From positions 1-59,141 of the IMG/VR virus record IMGVR_UViG_3300035070_001240: a stretch of DNA of 59,141 bases; one strand, written 5' to 3'. Numbering within the stretch: the first letter of the stretch is position 1; each line of letters begins with the position of its first letter. Both the position numbers and the translations under genes were made by a program. This document shows, piece by piece, positions 18,764-27,061 of this stretch. The notes below the pieces were generated by a model, which was given only the letters and a program-made list of their open reading frames with translations, was not told the DNA's origin and ran no database searches. The stretch comes from a virus. Its lineage: Duplodnaviria; Caudoviricetes.

Positions 18764-18931
18764 CTACTTCTTTACTTTCTTTTTAGCTGCTGCGCTTAAA
18801 TCTTTATAATGAAATACTTGTTTTGATGACTTGCTATGTGTAGCACCACTGTGAATTTGACCATTCATCTTATGTGTTTTACCGGAATACTTAGTCCCGT
18901 TCTTAAAATAATGCATTACATTAGCAGCCAT
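18764..18931 (-). CDS. 55-aa basic His-rich protein (not in ORF track)
   Basis: MAANVMHYFKNGTKYSGKTHKMNGQIHSGATHSKSSKQVFHYKDLS...; ATG overlaps the upstream stop. Confidence 0.65.
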   Translation of the reverse strand: MAANVMHYFKNGTKYSGKTHKMNGQIHSGATHSKSSKQVFHYKDLSAAAKKKVKK

Positions 18932-19179
18932 TATTTTACCTTTCTATATTTCTTTACTTTTTTAGCAATACGTGCTGGCTGTTTTACAAATTGCTTACCA
19001 GACTTTGTTCCTTCTCGCTTTGCTTTAGTTGTAGCAGCATATTCTGAAGGTGACAATGCTTTTATAGCAGAAGAAGGTAAATATCTTTCTCCAGTTTTAC
19101 TAGAAGGTTTACCAGACTTGGTACGCCATTTCTGTTTAGTCCAAGCTTTTAAACTTTTTTGACTTTTTTTAAGAGCCAT
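18931..19179 (-). CDS. Small basic late protein
   Basis: QKSLKAWTKQKWRTKSGK...GERYLP...GKQFVKQP. Confidence 0.65.
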   Translation of the reverse strand: MALKKSQKSLKAWTKQKWRTKSGKPSSKTGERYLPSSAIKALSPSEYAATTKAKREGTKSGKQFVKQPARIAKKVKKYRKVK

Positions 19180-19181
19180 TT

Positions 19182-19961
19182 TTAACTCTCATTTTTAATA
19201 TAGATTATTTCAAAGTCAGCAAAGACAAGGTTATTAGACCCTGAACTATATGCTCGTGCCTCAATATCAGTTTTTTCTGAAAAAGCTACTGGTACTTCAA
19301 AATTAAAAGCTATTTCACCAGTTTGAAGAGTTACCTTTGCAGCGGTTCTAAATACACCACCAAAGGGACGTTGAACAAAACGAGCGACAAGATACTGGTT
19401 TGTGTTTGGTGTGCCTGTGCCTAAATTACCTTTAAGAATATAACCAGTATATCCCGCTGGAATAGTCCAAATAGCCATAAGTGTTTGGTTTTGACCTAAT
19501 GTTATTTTAGCATAAATAGTAGCTGGAACACCCGCAGTTACTGTACCAGTACCTACATAAATATCGCCAGCGGCTGTTCCACCACTTCCTGCTGTTGCAA
19601 CATAAGCACGGTTTACGCGAATAAAAGTTGTTGTCGTTAAAACTTCAGTTTGTCCATTGAGAGAAACAGTTTCAGATGCTTCATTCCAATTTTGATCTAA
19701 ACCAGAAACTACAACAGTTCTTGCACCAGTACCAGCAGATGTATCATTTGTACTGCTGCTGGATACCTTCATTTGAATTGCAGCAGCGGGATAAGCATAA
19801 ATACCACCAGCATCCCAAATCGTTTCTTCTGTACCATTAACGTCTGAATTAAACCCAAACTTAAAAATAGCTTTATGATAAGGAATTTGATCACGAGCTA
19901 TTTGAAGATTAAATGGTTCATATGTTGCTAAACGAGTAATGCTATGAGGAAAATTTACCAT
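19182..19961 (-). CDS. Virion structural protein
   Basis: KFGFN...ETIWD, TGARTV..GLD, beta-rich. Confidence 0.5.
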   Translation of the reverse strand: MVNFPHSITRLATYEPFNLQIARDQIPYHKAIFKFGFNSDVNGTEETIWDAGGIYAYPAAAIQMKVSSSSTNDTSAGTGARTVVVSGLDQNWNEASETVSLNGQTEVLTTTTFIRVNRAYVATAGSGGTAAGDIYVGTGTVTAGVPATIYAKITLGQNQTLMAIWTIPAGYTGYILKGNLGTGTPNTNQYLVARFVQRPFGGVFRTAAKVTLQTGEIAFNFEVPVAFSEKTDIEARAYSSGSNNLVFADFEIIYIKNES

Positions 19962-19963
19962 AA

Positions 19964-20173
19964 TTATTTATATCCTCCTCCAGCTTTTTTATATTCAGCG
20001 GCTAATAGTTGTGCTTTACGTGCTGACCATTGTCCAGGCTTACCGCCTTTTCCGCCAGCCTTAATACTTTCAAATAAACGCTTACGCATTCCTGGCTTTG
20101 TGTAATTACCAGCTTCGTTTACTTTACTCTTCTGTTGAGTCTTCTTTTGAGTTGTCTGTTTTCTTACAATCAC
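19964..20173 (-). CDS. Small basic late protein
   Basis: NYTKP...GQWSARKAQ...YKKAGGGYK; GTG start with GGAG 7 nt upstream. Confidence 0.6.
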   Translation of the reverse strand: MIVRKQTTQKKTQQKSKVNEAGNYTKPGMRKRLFESIKAGGKGGKPGQWSARKAQLLAAEYKKAGGGYK

Positions 20174-20243
20174 AACTATCTCCACAGTTTACACAATTAC
20201 AATCTGGTCCACATTCTTTACAATTACAATTTTTACAGGACAT
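20124..20243 (-). CDS. 39-aa Cys-rich, metallothionein-like peptide
   Basis: MSCKNCNCKECGPDCNCVNCGDSCDCKK...; 9 Cys within residues 3-26; ATG 4 nt after the upstream stop. Confidence 0.55.
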   Translation of the reverse strand: MSCKNCNCKECGPDCNCVNCGDSCDCKKTDNSKEDSTEE

Positions 20244-20247
20244 TTTA

Positions 20248-20709
20248 TTAAATATTCTTCTTACTATAGTTTGCTCGACCATAGCCACGCATGGCTTTAC
20301 CACAACCACGAACAGAACCACCCATATTATATTTTTTAATATGTCCACCTGATTTATTTACTGACATTATTTCTTCCAACCAATCAGGTTGGTCCTCATC
20401 AATTTCAAATAGACCAAGAAACTTCTCACGAGTCTTTTTAGGAGCTTTTACTTCTGAACGTTCTAATGCTTCTTGTGAAGGTGAAGAAGCACGACGACTA
20501 GGCATCTCTATATCTGACCGTTCTAAAGCTTCTTGTGAAGGTGAAGAAGCACGACGAACAGACTTTAATTTATCAATAGGAGCTTTTCTAATTGTCCTTG
20601 GTTTTCTGCTTTTTTCAATTAGCTTTTTTTCTTCTTCAAAAAGCTCATCTGCTTCTTTTTTTGCTTTTGCTTTTTTTCGTTCTTTTCTTAATGTTTCCAT
20701 AAGTGCCAT
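20248..20709 (-). CDS. Charged late protein with tandem repeat and GG motifs
   Basis: RRASSPSQEALERS x2; ends NKSGGHIKKYNMGGSVRGCGKAMRG. Confidence 0.6.
   Translation of the reverse strand: MALMETLRKERKKAKAKKEADELFEEEKKLIEKSRKPRTIRKAPIDKLKSVRRASSPSQEALERSDIEMPSRRASSPSQEALERSEVKAPKKTREKFLGLFEIDEDQPDWLEEIMSVNKSGGHIKKYNMGGSVRGCGKAMRGYGRANYSKKNI
20455..20556. repeat. Two-copy coding repeat, 60-bp period
   Basis: gcttcttgtgaaggtgaagaagcacgacg occurs twice, 60 bp apart. Confidence 0.85.
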
Positions 20710-20713
20710 TTTA

Positions 20714-22297
20714 TTAAAATCTCCAATATCCAATTCGTTTCTGGTTTGAATTATTATTATTATCTTGCATTTCTTCTATGAGGTAAGCATCCAATGGATG
20801 CTCTACTCTCCAAGAATCCTTCAAATATAAAATAGCCATTACCATCGCATCAACTTGGTCATCATATGTTGCGTTGGGAAAACTAACGGCTTCGTTAATT
20901 AAATCCTTTGCAAAAGGTTTATCTGGAAGATAGACCCGACCAGATTCTAGAATAGGAGTAGAAGCATTAACACGAGCTACTTTATCTCTATCTGGATTGT
21001 ATTCAAGAACAGGCAATCCAGCCCTTCGCATATCTTGAATAAGCGACTGACCGGATGCCTTTTTTTCAATTATAACAACGTCTGGTTCATATCTATCATA
21101 CATCTCTTGAGCAGTCATACGCAACTCTGGATATTCTAATCTATCTCTTTTATTTGAAAGAAGAATTAGATTATGAGTAAGATGTTCAAACCCGCCACTG
21201 TCTATTTGAATATTTTTAAAAATTCCCCACGTTTGAATAACAGAATAATCCGCTGAAGTTCTAGTTGAAAAAGCAGTATCATATGTTTGAATAACGAAGT
21301 CACAGTCTGGCGGCTCATCCATAAACTCCCAAGTTTTAAACCAATCCTTTTTAATGATTCCACCTTCATCTGGTGTTGGGTCTTGCATGTAGAGAGATTG
21401 CCAGTATTTGGTTCCGTTCTGTGAACGAATTTCAATCTCGTCCTTTTTTAAAAGATCGTTTGGTTTCCATTCAGGAAAATAAGAAGAACCAATTGGAAGA
21501 TTTAAAAGATTAGCTGAATCTTCATCCAACCAAGCTGGAATTTTAACAACTTCCCATTCATCAATTTTTACGTTGTCTTTGTCATCATCATCATCACTAA
21601 ATATATTTTCTTTTTTATGTTTAGCTTGTGTCTCTAAAAGCCAGCCGCAAATATCATCTTCATGATACCTTGTGTTAATGATTACGACACTACCATTAGG
21701 CATCAAACGTGTTCGTAGACCAGCGGGATACCATTCCTTGATGTATCTACGACCAGCTTCTGAGAATGCATCTTCTTCTGACATAACATCATCTAGAAGA
21801 GCAATGTGTGCACCTCGACCAGCAATTTGTGATCTAACGCCAGCAGCAATATAAACACCATTCTGGTTTGTTTGCCATTTACCAGCGGCACGTACATCTG
21901 ATCTAAGTGTAGTTTGTGGAAAGATTTCTTTATATAGTTCGTTGTTTACAATATCACGAACAGATCGTCCAAAGTCTGCTGCTAATTGGTCAGAGTGAGA
22001 GACAGAAAGTATTTCATGATTTGAATGTTTACCCATATACCAAGCAGGGAAAAGCTTAGAACAAATAACAGACTTAGAGGAACGAGGAGGAAGAAACACC
22101 ATAAGTCTTTTGATTTTTCCTTCATGTACTTTTTGAAGCTTGTCAGCAAGTAACTCAATATGCCTTCCTAATTTAAAATCAGCAATGAGTGAAGGAGCTA
22201 ATAGTTTAACGAATGTAAGAAAGTTTGAGCGAGATTTTAAGATAGCTTGCTCAAACAGTTTCTCTCGCAATTCCAGGTAGTCTTGTTTTTTTGACAA
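20714..22297 (-). CDS. terL: Terminase large subunit
   Basis: PPRSSKS Walker A, LLDD Walker B, TRYHEDD, YDTA, IEKKASG, DDQVDA nuclease motifs; TTG start. Confidence 0.93.
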   Translation of the reverse strand: MSKKQDYLELREKLFEQAILKSRSNFLTFVKLLAPSLIADFKLGRHIELLADKLQKVHEGKIKRLMVFLPPRSSKSVICSKLFPAWYMGKHSNHEILSVSHSDQLAADFGRSVRDIVNNELYKEIFPQTTLRSDVRAAGKWQTNQNGVYIAAGVRSQIAGRGAHIALLDDVMSEEDAFSEAGRRYIKEWYPAGLRTRLMPNGSVVIINTRYHEDDICGWLLETQAKHKKENIFSDDDDDKDNVKIDEWEVVKIPAWLDEDSANLLNLPIGSSYFPEWKPNDLLKKDEIEIRSQNGTKYWQSLYMQDPTPDEGGIIKKDWFKTWEFMDEPPDCDFVIQTYDTAFSTRTSADYSVIQTWGIFKNIQIDSGGFEHLTHNLILLSNKRDRLEYPELRMTAQEMYDRYEPDVVIIEKKASGQSLIQDMRRAGLPVLEYNPDRDKVARVNASTPILESGRVYLPDKPFAKDLINEAVSFPNATYDDQVDAMVMAILYLKDSWRVEHPLDAYLIEEMQDNNNNSNQKRIGYWRF

Positions 22298-22303
22298 AGA
22301 AAA

Positions 22304-22660
22304 TTACTCTTTTAATTTTTTTAAATTTTCTTCAAATTGTTCTTTAGAAGGAATAGTATCAGATAACAATCCAAGTAATGCTACAGCGGGTATTCTACTA
22401 CCTAGCTTACGAAGTATGGAAGATAGTCCAGAAGGTGAGGAAGTTTTTACTTCATTATTTGCTTGGGCTTTCTCAAAATCAGACATATCAATTGATTTTA
22501 GACCCTGGCTTTTCTGCCATTCATTAATCTTTTTAAGTTGTCGATATTTTTCTAAATCAACAGGTCCACCTTCTTGATAATTATTATTTAGATAAAACTT
22601 TAAACCATCTAAAATTTCATCATATGTTAACGAATGTGAGCCTTTACTTTTTTCCGCCAT
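22304..22660 (-). CDS. Hypothetical late protein with YQEGGPV motif
   Basis: ORF between terS and terL. Confidence 0.5.
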   Translation of the reverse strand: MAEKSKGSHSLTYDEILDGLKFYLNNNYQEGGPVDLEKYRQLKKINEWQKSQGLKSIDMSDFEKAQANNEVKTSSPSGLSSILRKLGSRIPAVALLGLLSDTIPSKEQFEENLKKLKE

Positions 22661-23465
22661 CGACAACTCGCAGTCCTACCATATCGGCTAGGTCTTCAAT
22701 GTCTTTTGAAATCTTTTCTTCTGCATCTGAATCAGCAAAATGAGACATCTTGATCTTTTGTTCAGACTTGTCAACAAACATACCAAGGTGCCGAGCAATG
22801 GTTTCTATGCTACGATTGGCGTTGGTGAAGTCCTGTTCGGTCATGGCCTGTTCATACACAGCCGCAACCTTTTCTAAAACCTTTTCAGCATTCCAACTCA
22901 TTCTACGTAAAGCCTCCTCCTTGAGATGTTCAATTCGTCTTTTGATCTTCTTGTTATTATAAAACAAATTCTTAGCAGCTTGCAAAGTTAATTTATCTGT
23001 TTTCATTTTTGAATAACCAGCAGCTAAATATGCATGAACCAGATTACCAGTAGCAACACATTCCATAGCAAACTTTTCCTGCTTTGCCGTCATACCACCA
23101 ACAACTCTTGACCGTTTGGCGTAGTTGCTTTTTACCTTATCCGTATCTTCTAACATTTTTGCAAAATCCTCTGGTTCATCCTTTACATAGTCAAAATGTT
23201 TCTTTGATCGTTTTTGCCCCTTGACATGCTTAACTTTTCGTCTATTATATTCCTTACGCATGGAATGCAAGTCCTTACCAGCGGAAGCCATAGAACGAGT
23301 AGCAGCAGTTTTCTTGATAAGTTCCTTTAGTTCTTCAGTCTCCATGTGGCAATAGAGAATTTGAGCCTCATGATCTAAATTACTTTCATAATCCTGATGT
23401 GTAACAGGAACAGTATAATTCTCATTAAAATGTTTTAGAATCTTATCGTTTTTTGTTATAGGCAT
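22644..23465 (-). CDS. terS: Terminase small subunit with N-terminal extension
   Basis: MTAKQEKFA...AYLAAGYS...A..L HTH and IARHLGMFVDK. Confidence 0.8.
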   Translation of the reverse strand: MPITKNDKILKHFNENYTVPVTHQDYESNLDHEAQILYCHMETEELKELIKKTAATRSMASAGKDLHSMRKEYNRRKVKHVKGQKRSKKHFDYVKDEPEDFAKMLEDTDKVKSNYAKRSRVVGGMTAKQEKFAMECVATGNLVHAYLAAGYSKMKTDKLTLQAAKNLFYNNKKIKRRIEHLKEEALRRMSWNAEKVLEKVAAVYEQAMTEQDFTNANRSIETIARHLGMFVDKSEQKIKMSHFADSDAEEKISKDIEDLADMVGLRVVDGGKK

Positions 23466-23501
23466 ATACGTAAACCAAAATTTTTTTTTAAAAAAAACTT
23501 G

Positions 23502-23530
23502 TTGACTTTTATTTTATGGTAACATATAAT
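23502..23530 (+). promoter_or_regulatory. Sigma70-type promoter for the hsp20 gene
   Basis: TTGACT-N17-TATAAT with upstream T/A tracts. Confidence 0.75.
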
Positions 23531-23537
23531 CATACAT

Positions 23538-23615
23538 GGATGCCATAAAAAAAGGGATAACTAAGGTTTTCCTTTCGGGTCCAAATGAAAATAAATTTTG
23601 CTAATCAATAGGAGA
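23538..23615 (+). promoter_or_regulatory. Structured 5' UTR with ROSE-like RNA thermometer hairpin
   Basis: UUUUGCUA-AUCAA-UAGGAGA pairs the SD with a bulged G; upstream nested hairpin at 23538-23582. Confidence 0.6.
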
Positions 23616-23623
23616 TTTATAAA

Positions 23624-24139
23624 ATGACTAGCTTACTAAAACAAATCAACGACTACATGGAAACACAGAAGAACGAGATGATGTCAATCACAAACATGGT
23701 TGACTACATGAATAATCTGTTCTTCAACTACAATGACGATTCTCGTCAAATTGCTAACATGACTAATAAAGCTTTAAAGAAACTACCATTTAACGGACTA
23801 AAGAATGAAATTGTTCATTATGGTGGTGATTACGTAATTACCAACTCACTAAAAGACGATGACAAGGACTACATTATGCACTTTGTTCTTCCAGGTCATA
23901 ATCACAAGACCGTTGACGTAGCAAAGCGTGATCGTAACATTATCATCAAGTCAAAAGAATTAAACAAAGATGATGCAGATTATAGCTCAACTTCCTATTA
24001 CTTCTATAAGTCCATTCCTCTTATCAAGAAGAGTTTTGAAGTTCAATCCGTTGTATTCAAAGATGGCATTCTAAGTATTGCCCTCAAGGATATGGAAGAA
24101 CCACCAAAGGAAGAACTACTGGAGATTACTCAGGGCTAA
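23624..24139 (+). CDS. Small heat-shock protein (Hsp20/alpha-crystallin family)
   Basis: LPG...V-V...I-IK, FKDGILSI-L, C-terminal LEI motif. Confidence 0.8.
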   Translation: MTSLLKQINDYMETQKNEMMSITNMVDYMNNLFFNYNDDSRQIANMTNKALKKLPFNGLKNEIVHYGGDYVITNSLKDDDKDYIMHFVLPGHNHKTVDVAKRDRNIIIKSKELNKDDADYSSTSYYFYKSIPLIKKSFEVQSVVFKDGILSIALKDMEEPPKEELLEITQG

Positions 24140-24800
24140 ATCCAAATCTTTCTATCTCTTGTTTAAAAGAGCTGGTTACAAGGTCGATCAATTCGTTGTC
24201 TCGACCAAAGTAACTGGCTCTTTTTATTTTTAAATCCTTTTGAGATGGAAGACCTTGAAAGCTTGGTAGAGTTATTCTTGACAATTCAAACAGCTTATTC
24301 AACAAAGGCGTAGTTTGTTCCATACAGAAAACATCATTCACTTCAGATAACCAAACCATTTGAGAAGTTAGTCTAGGTCCACAAAATGGAGATGAATGAA
24401 GGTAGTCATAATCCCTATCATTCAACAACCAGTTTCTAAAGCCTCTACTTTTAAGCCTGTATTGTTCCTTTACGGCATCCTTTGTTTCCTTTATACCTCT
24501 ACACCAAGCCACACGATCCGGTGGACCTTCTGTAAAAAACTCATACATGTCAATCAAATAATCAAAGGGACTACGAACAATACCAAAGGTATAGTTGTTG
24601 TTCCACTCATCCTCGCCAATAGCATGTTTGATATTCAAAGAATAACAAAGATTAGGAAGAATATTCTTTTTATTCTTATATTCGTTTACCTCACTATCCT
24701 TGCCACCAAGAATGTAATGACGAATGTTTTCTGGAATAGCAGAAACAATCAAAGGTGTGTAAACAAAGATAAAGTTATATTTATTGTTATGAAAAAACAT
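24126..24800 (-). CDS. Sulfotransferase family 2-like protein, degenerate motifs
   Basis: FIFVYTP, FGIVRSPFD, SQ..W, EIERFGF layout; the PKT/GTS loop is not conserved. Confidence 0.55.
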   Translation of the reverse strand: MFFHNNKYNFIFVYTPLIVSAIPENIRHYILGGKDSEVNEYKNKKNILPNLCYSLNIKHAIGEDEWNNNYTFGIVRSPFDYLIDMYEFFTEGPPDRVAWCRGIKETKDAVKEQYRLKSRGFRNWLLNDRDYDYLHSSPFCGPRLTSQMVWLSEVNDVFCMEQTTPLLNKLFELSRITLPSFQGLPSQKDLKIKRASYFGRDNELIDLVTSSFKQEIERFGFSPE

Positions 24801-24801
24801 C

Positions 24802-25902
24802 TTATTTAAATAAATTCCTTTTAATTTGTTCAATATCATTTTCAACCATATCAAATACAAGCTGCTTGAATGAAATAGATGGTTGCCAATTTAGATTTTC
24901 TCTAATCTTTGTACTGTCTCCTAGTAAATACTCAACATCAGAAGGACGATAGAAACGAGAATCAATCTTAATCAAAACTTCCTTTGTCGTACCATTCTTG
25001 TTAACAGCATATTCATACAGTCCCTTTCCTTGCCAATTTAGAATAATTCCAATCTTCTCAAAGGCCATATTGCAGAAATCCTTGACACTGTATGTTTCAC
25101 CAGAAGAAACAACATAATCCGTAATCTTACTTCCAGAAGTATTCAACATCAAATGCATTGCCTTGACATAATCCCTAGCATCTCCCCAATCTCTACGAGC
25201 ATGAACATTTCCTAACATGATTGGACCTTTGTTCTTGCCCGTAGCATATTGAGCAACACCATTGGTAATCTTTCTTGTTACAAAGTCCAATCCCCTACGA
25301 GGAGATTCATGATTAAACAGAATACCATTGACTGCATATGTGTTATATGTTTCACGATAATGTTTCACAGTTAGAAAAGCAGATAACTTGGCAATGGCAT
25401 AAGGAGACGTAGGCTTAAATGATGATTGTTCAGATAAACTTTTTTCAGTCCCTGTAGCTTCGTTACCAAATAATTCAGACGTAGAAGCTTGATAAAATCT
25501 AAACTGTTTTTTAAATACCTCTGTAAAGGCTTCCAGAAGCCCTACAACAGCAACTGCATTAATCTGGTGGGTGAGTACAGGAATTTTAAAACTCTCTCCT
25601 ACGTGGCTCTGAGCGGCTAGATTATACACTTCAATATAATTATCCATGATTGTCATGTAACTTGTCACGTAAGACTTAATAGTTTCCACAAATGATTTGA
25701 TAGAACCGTTATCTAAAAGATCAAGATTGATCAAAGTTAGATTAGGATGATCAATTAAATTGTGTAAACGAGTGTTATTGGATAGTGGAATGGATGTACG
25801 TCGAATACCAGCATAGACCTTATATCCGTTTTCTAGAAGATATTCCGCAAGATATGAGCCATCTTGTCCTGTAATACCAGTTATAGCAGCTAGTTTTTGC
25901 AT
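24802..25902 (-). CDS. gmd: GDP-mannose 4,6-dehydratase
   Basis: ITGITGQDGSYLAE, NLAAQSHV, YQASTSELFG, SPYAIAK, GILFNHESPRRG, FVTRKIT, RDWG. Confidence 0.95.
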   Translation of the reverse strand: MQKLAAITGITGQDGSYLAEYLLENGYKVYAGIRRTSIPLSNNTRLHNLIDHPNLTLINLDLLDNGSIKSFVETIKSYVTSYMTIMDNYIEVYNLAAQSHVGESFKIPVLTHQINAVAVVGLLEAFTEVFKKQFRFYQASTSELFGNEATGTEKSLSEQSSFKPTSPYAIAKLSAFLTVKHYRETYNTYAVNGILFNHESPRRGLDFVTRKITNGVAQYATGKNKGPIMLGNVHARRDWGDARDYVKAMHLMLNTSGSKITDYVVSSGETYSVKDFCNMAFEKIGIILNWQGKGLYEYAVNKNGTTKEVLIKIDSRFYRPSDVEYLLGDSTKIRENLNWQPSISFKQLVFDMVENDIEQIKRNLFK

Positions 25903-25965
25903 ATTTATTAAATACTCCTATGGGTACCCTAAAAATAAAATAGAGGGGTGTTTTCCTAGAAACAA

Positions 25966-25994
25966 AGAATAGAGGTAGTTTGTAGAATTGGCAA
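25966..25994 (-). promoter_or_regulatory. Sigma70-type promoter for gmd
   Basis: TTGCCA-N17-TATTCT with upstream T tracts. Confidence 0.55.
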
Positions 25995-26200
25995 GAGCAG
26001 AAAAATACAAAAAAAAATTTAGAAGGTGGTATATATATACTTTTTGTGTGGATATAAAGAGCTAAAATTTTGAAATTTATGTCTGTTCATATACGACACC
26101 GACAGCGCCGCCAAATTTTTCCCCTCCCCCTACTCAAAACCAAAGAGTGGCCGCAAGGCCTCCGTTTGCGAATTAGAATTATTCTAAGGTAGATTTTAGA

Positions 26201-26236
26201 CAAGAAAACGCCCCGCTCTTAGGCGAGGCGCTTCCT
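26201..26236 (-). terminator. Intrinsic terminator of the 26553 gene
   Basis: GCGCCUCGC-CUAAGA-GCGGGGCGU followed by UUUCUU. Confidence 0.75.
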
Positions 26237-26253
26237 CGTTGACTAGGTGAAGC

Positions 26254-26553
26254 TTAGATAAGCTTGCTCAAGTTAACTGCGTTCGGCTTGGCTGTCGGCG
26301 CGGCGTCCTTGCCCCGCTTGGCCCGGCCTTGTGCCGTCGGTAGGATGACACGGCCTTTTGAGATAAAAGCAGGCACTTCGTTTTTGCCATGGGTCATGCA
26401 CCCGTTAACCAAGTAGGGGAGATTGAAATAATCCCCACCAGGAGCCAGTGTGAGAGAATTAACGTCAATCTCAAACGTCAATGTGACCTTGCCAGTACCG
26501 GCAACAGCGGTGGATGTCTTAACGGGGGTAGTCTTGATTGTCTTGCGAGCCAT
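26254..26553 (-). CDS. Stand-alone GC-rich small basic protein
   Basis: 99 aa, AAGGA SD, own promoter and terminator. Confidence 0.7.
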   Translation of the reverse strand: MARKTIKTTPVKTSTAVAGTGKVTLTFEIDVNSLTLAPGGDYFNLPYLVNGCMTHGKNEVPAFISKGRVILPTAQGRAKRGKDAAPTAKPNAVNLSKLI

Positions 26554-26615
26554 GATAAAGGTTCCTTTCGTGGTTCGCGGTTATGGCGTCGGGTTCATCC
26601 CGTCGCCTGATGATC

Positions 26616-26643
26616 AATATAATGATTTTTTTCGACATATCAA
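26616..26643 (-). promoter_or_regulatory. Sigma70-type promoter
   Basis: TTGATA-N16-TATATT with T tract upstream; leader hairpin GGCGACGGG-ATGAA-CCCGACGCC. Confidence 0.6.
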
Positions 26644-26760
26644 GAAAAAAAATGGCTTAGTTCACCATGCATAGGACTATACCGTTAGTCATACTCCTAG
26701 TCTATGACCCATATTATTACCATAATTTTCATATGATTTCCCGACAAGTGTACGAAACAA

Positions 26761-26842
26761 CAACACAATTCACCGACACGTTATTGAATTAACAATACAA
26801 TTAACCGACACGTTATTGAATTAACAATATGATTAACCGACA
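26761..26842. repeat. 32-bp tandem repeat, ~2.5 copies
   Basis: caa(c/t)acaatt(c/a)accgacacgttattgaattaa x2 plus a partial copy. Confidence 0.9.
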
Positions 26843-26897
26843 AGAACATCTGAAGAACAAATCATAAATGAAACGTGAATGTTGTATATACCTTATG

Positions 26898-26910
26898 TAA
26901 GTTATTGATA
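26898..26910 (-). promoter_or_regulatory. IHF consensus site
   Basis: TATCAATAACTTA matches WATCAANNNNTTR. Confidence 0.45.
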
Positions 26911-26988
26911 CTAATACGTTATTTATATGGTTATTACCTTGGTTATGTCAAGAACTATTAAGATATATGCGTAAATAAAGGGATTTTA

Positions 26989-27061
26989 ATGCAGTTAAGC
27001 TAGATAATATGGAATATTTATGCAGTTAAGCTAGATAATATGGAATATTTATTCAGTTAAG
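26989..27061. repeat. 31-bp tandem repeat, ~2.3 copies
   Basis: atgcagttaagctagataatatggaatattt x2 exact, then attcagttaag. Confidence 0.9.

Noticed and set aside
26789-26840. CtrA boxes
   Set aside because: TTAA half sites are 8 nt apart rather than the canonical 7; another candidate near 32117 has a mismatch.
26761-27061. Mini CRISPR array
   Set aside because: Units are head-to-tail with no unique spacers; the Cas4-like gene sits in the replication module as is common in phages.
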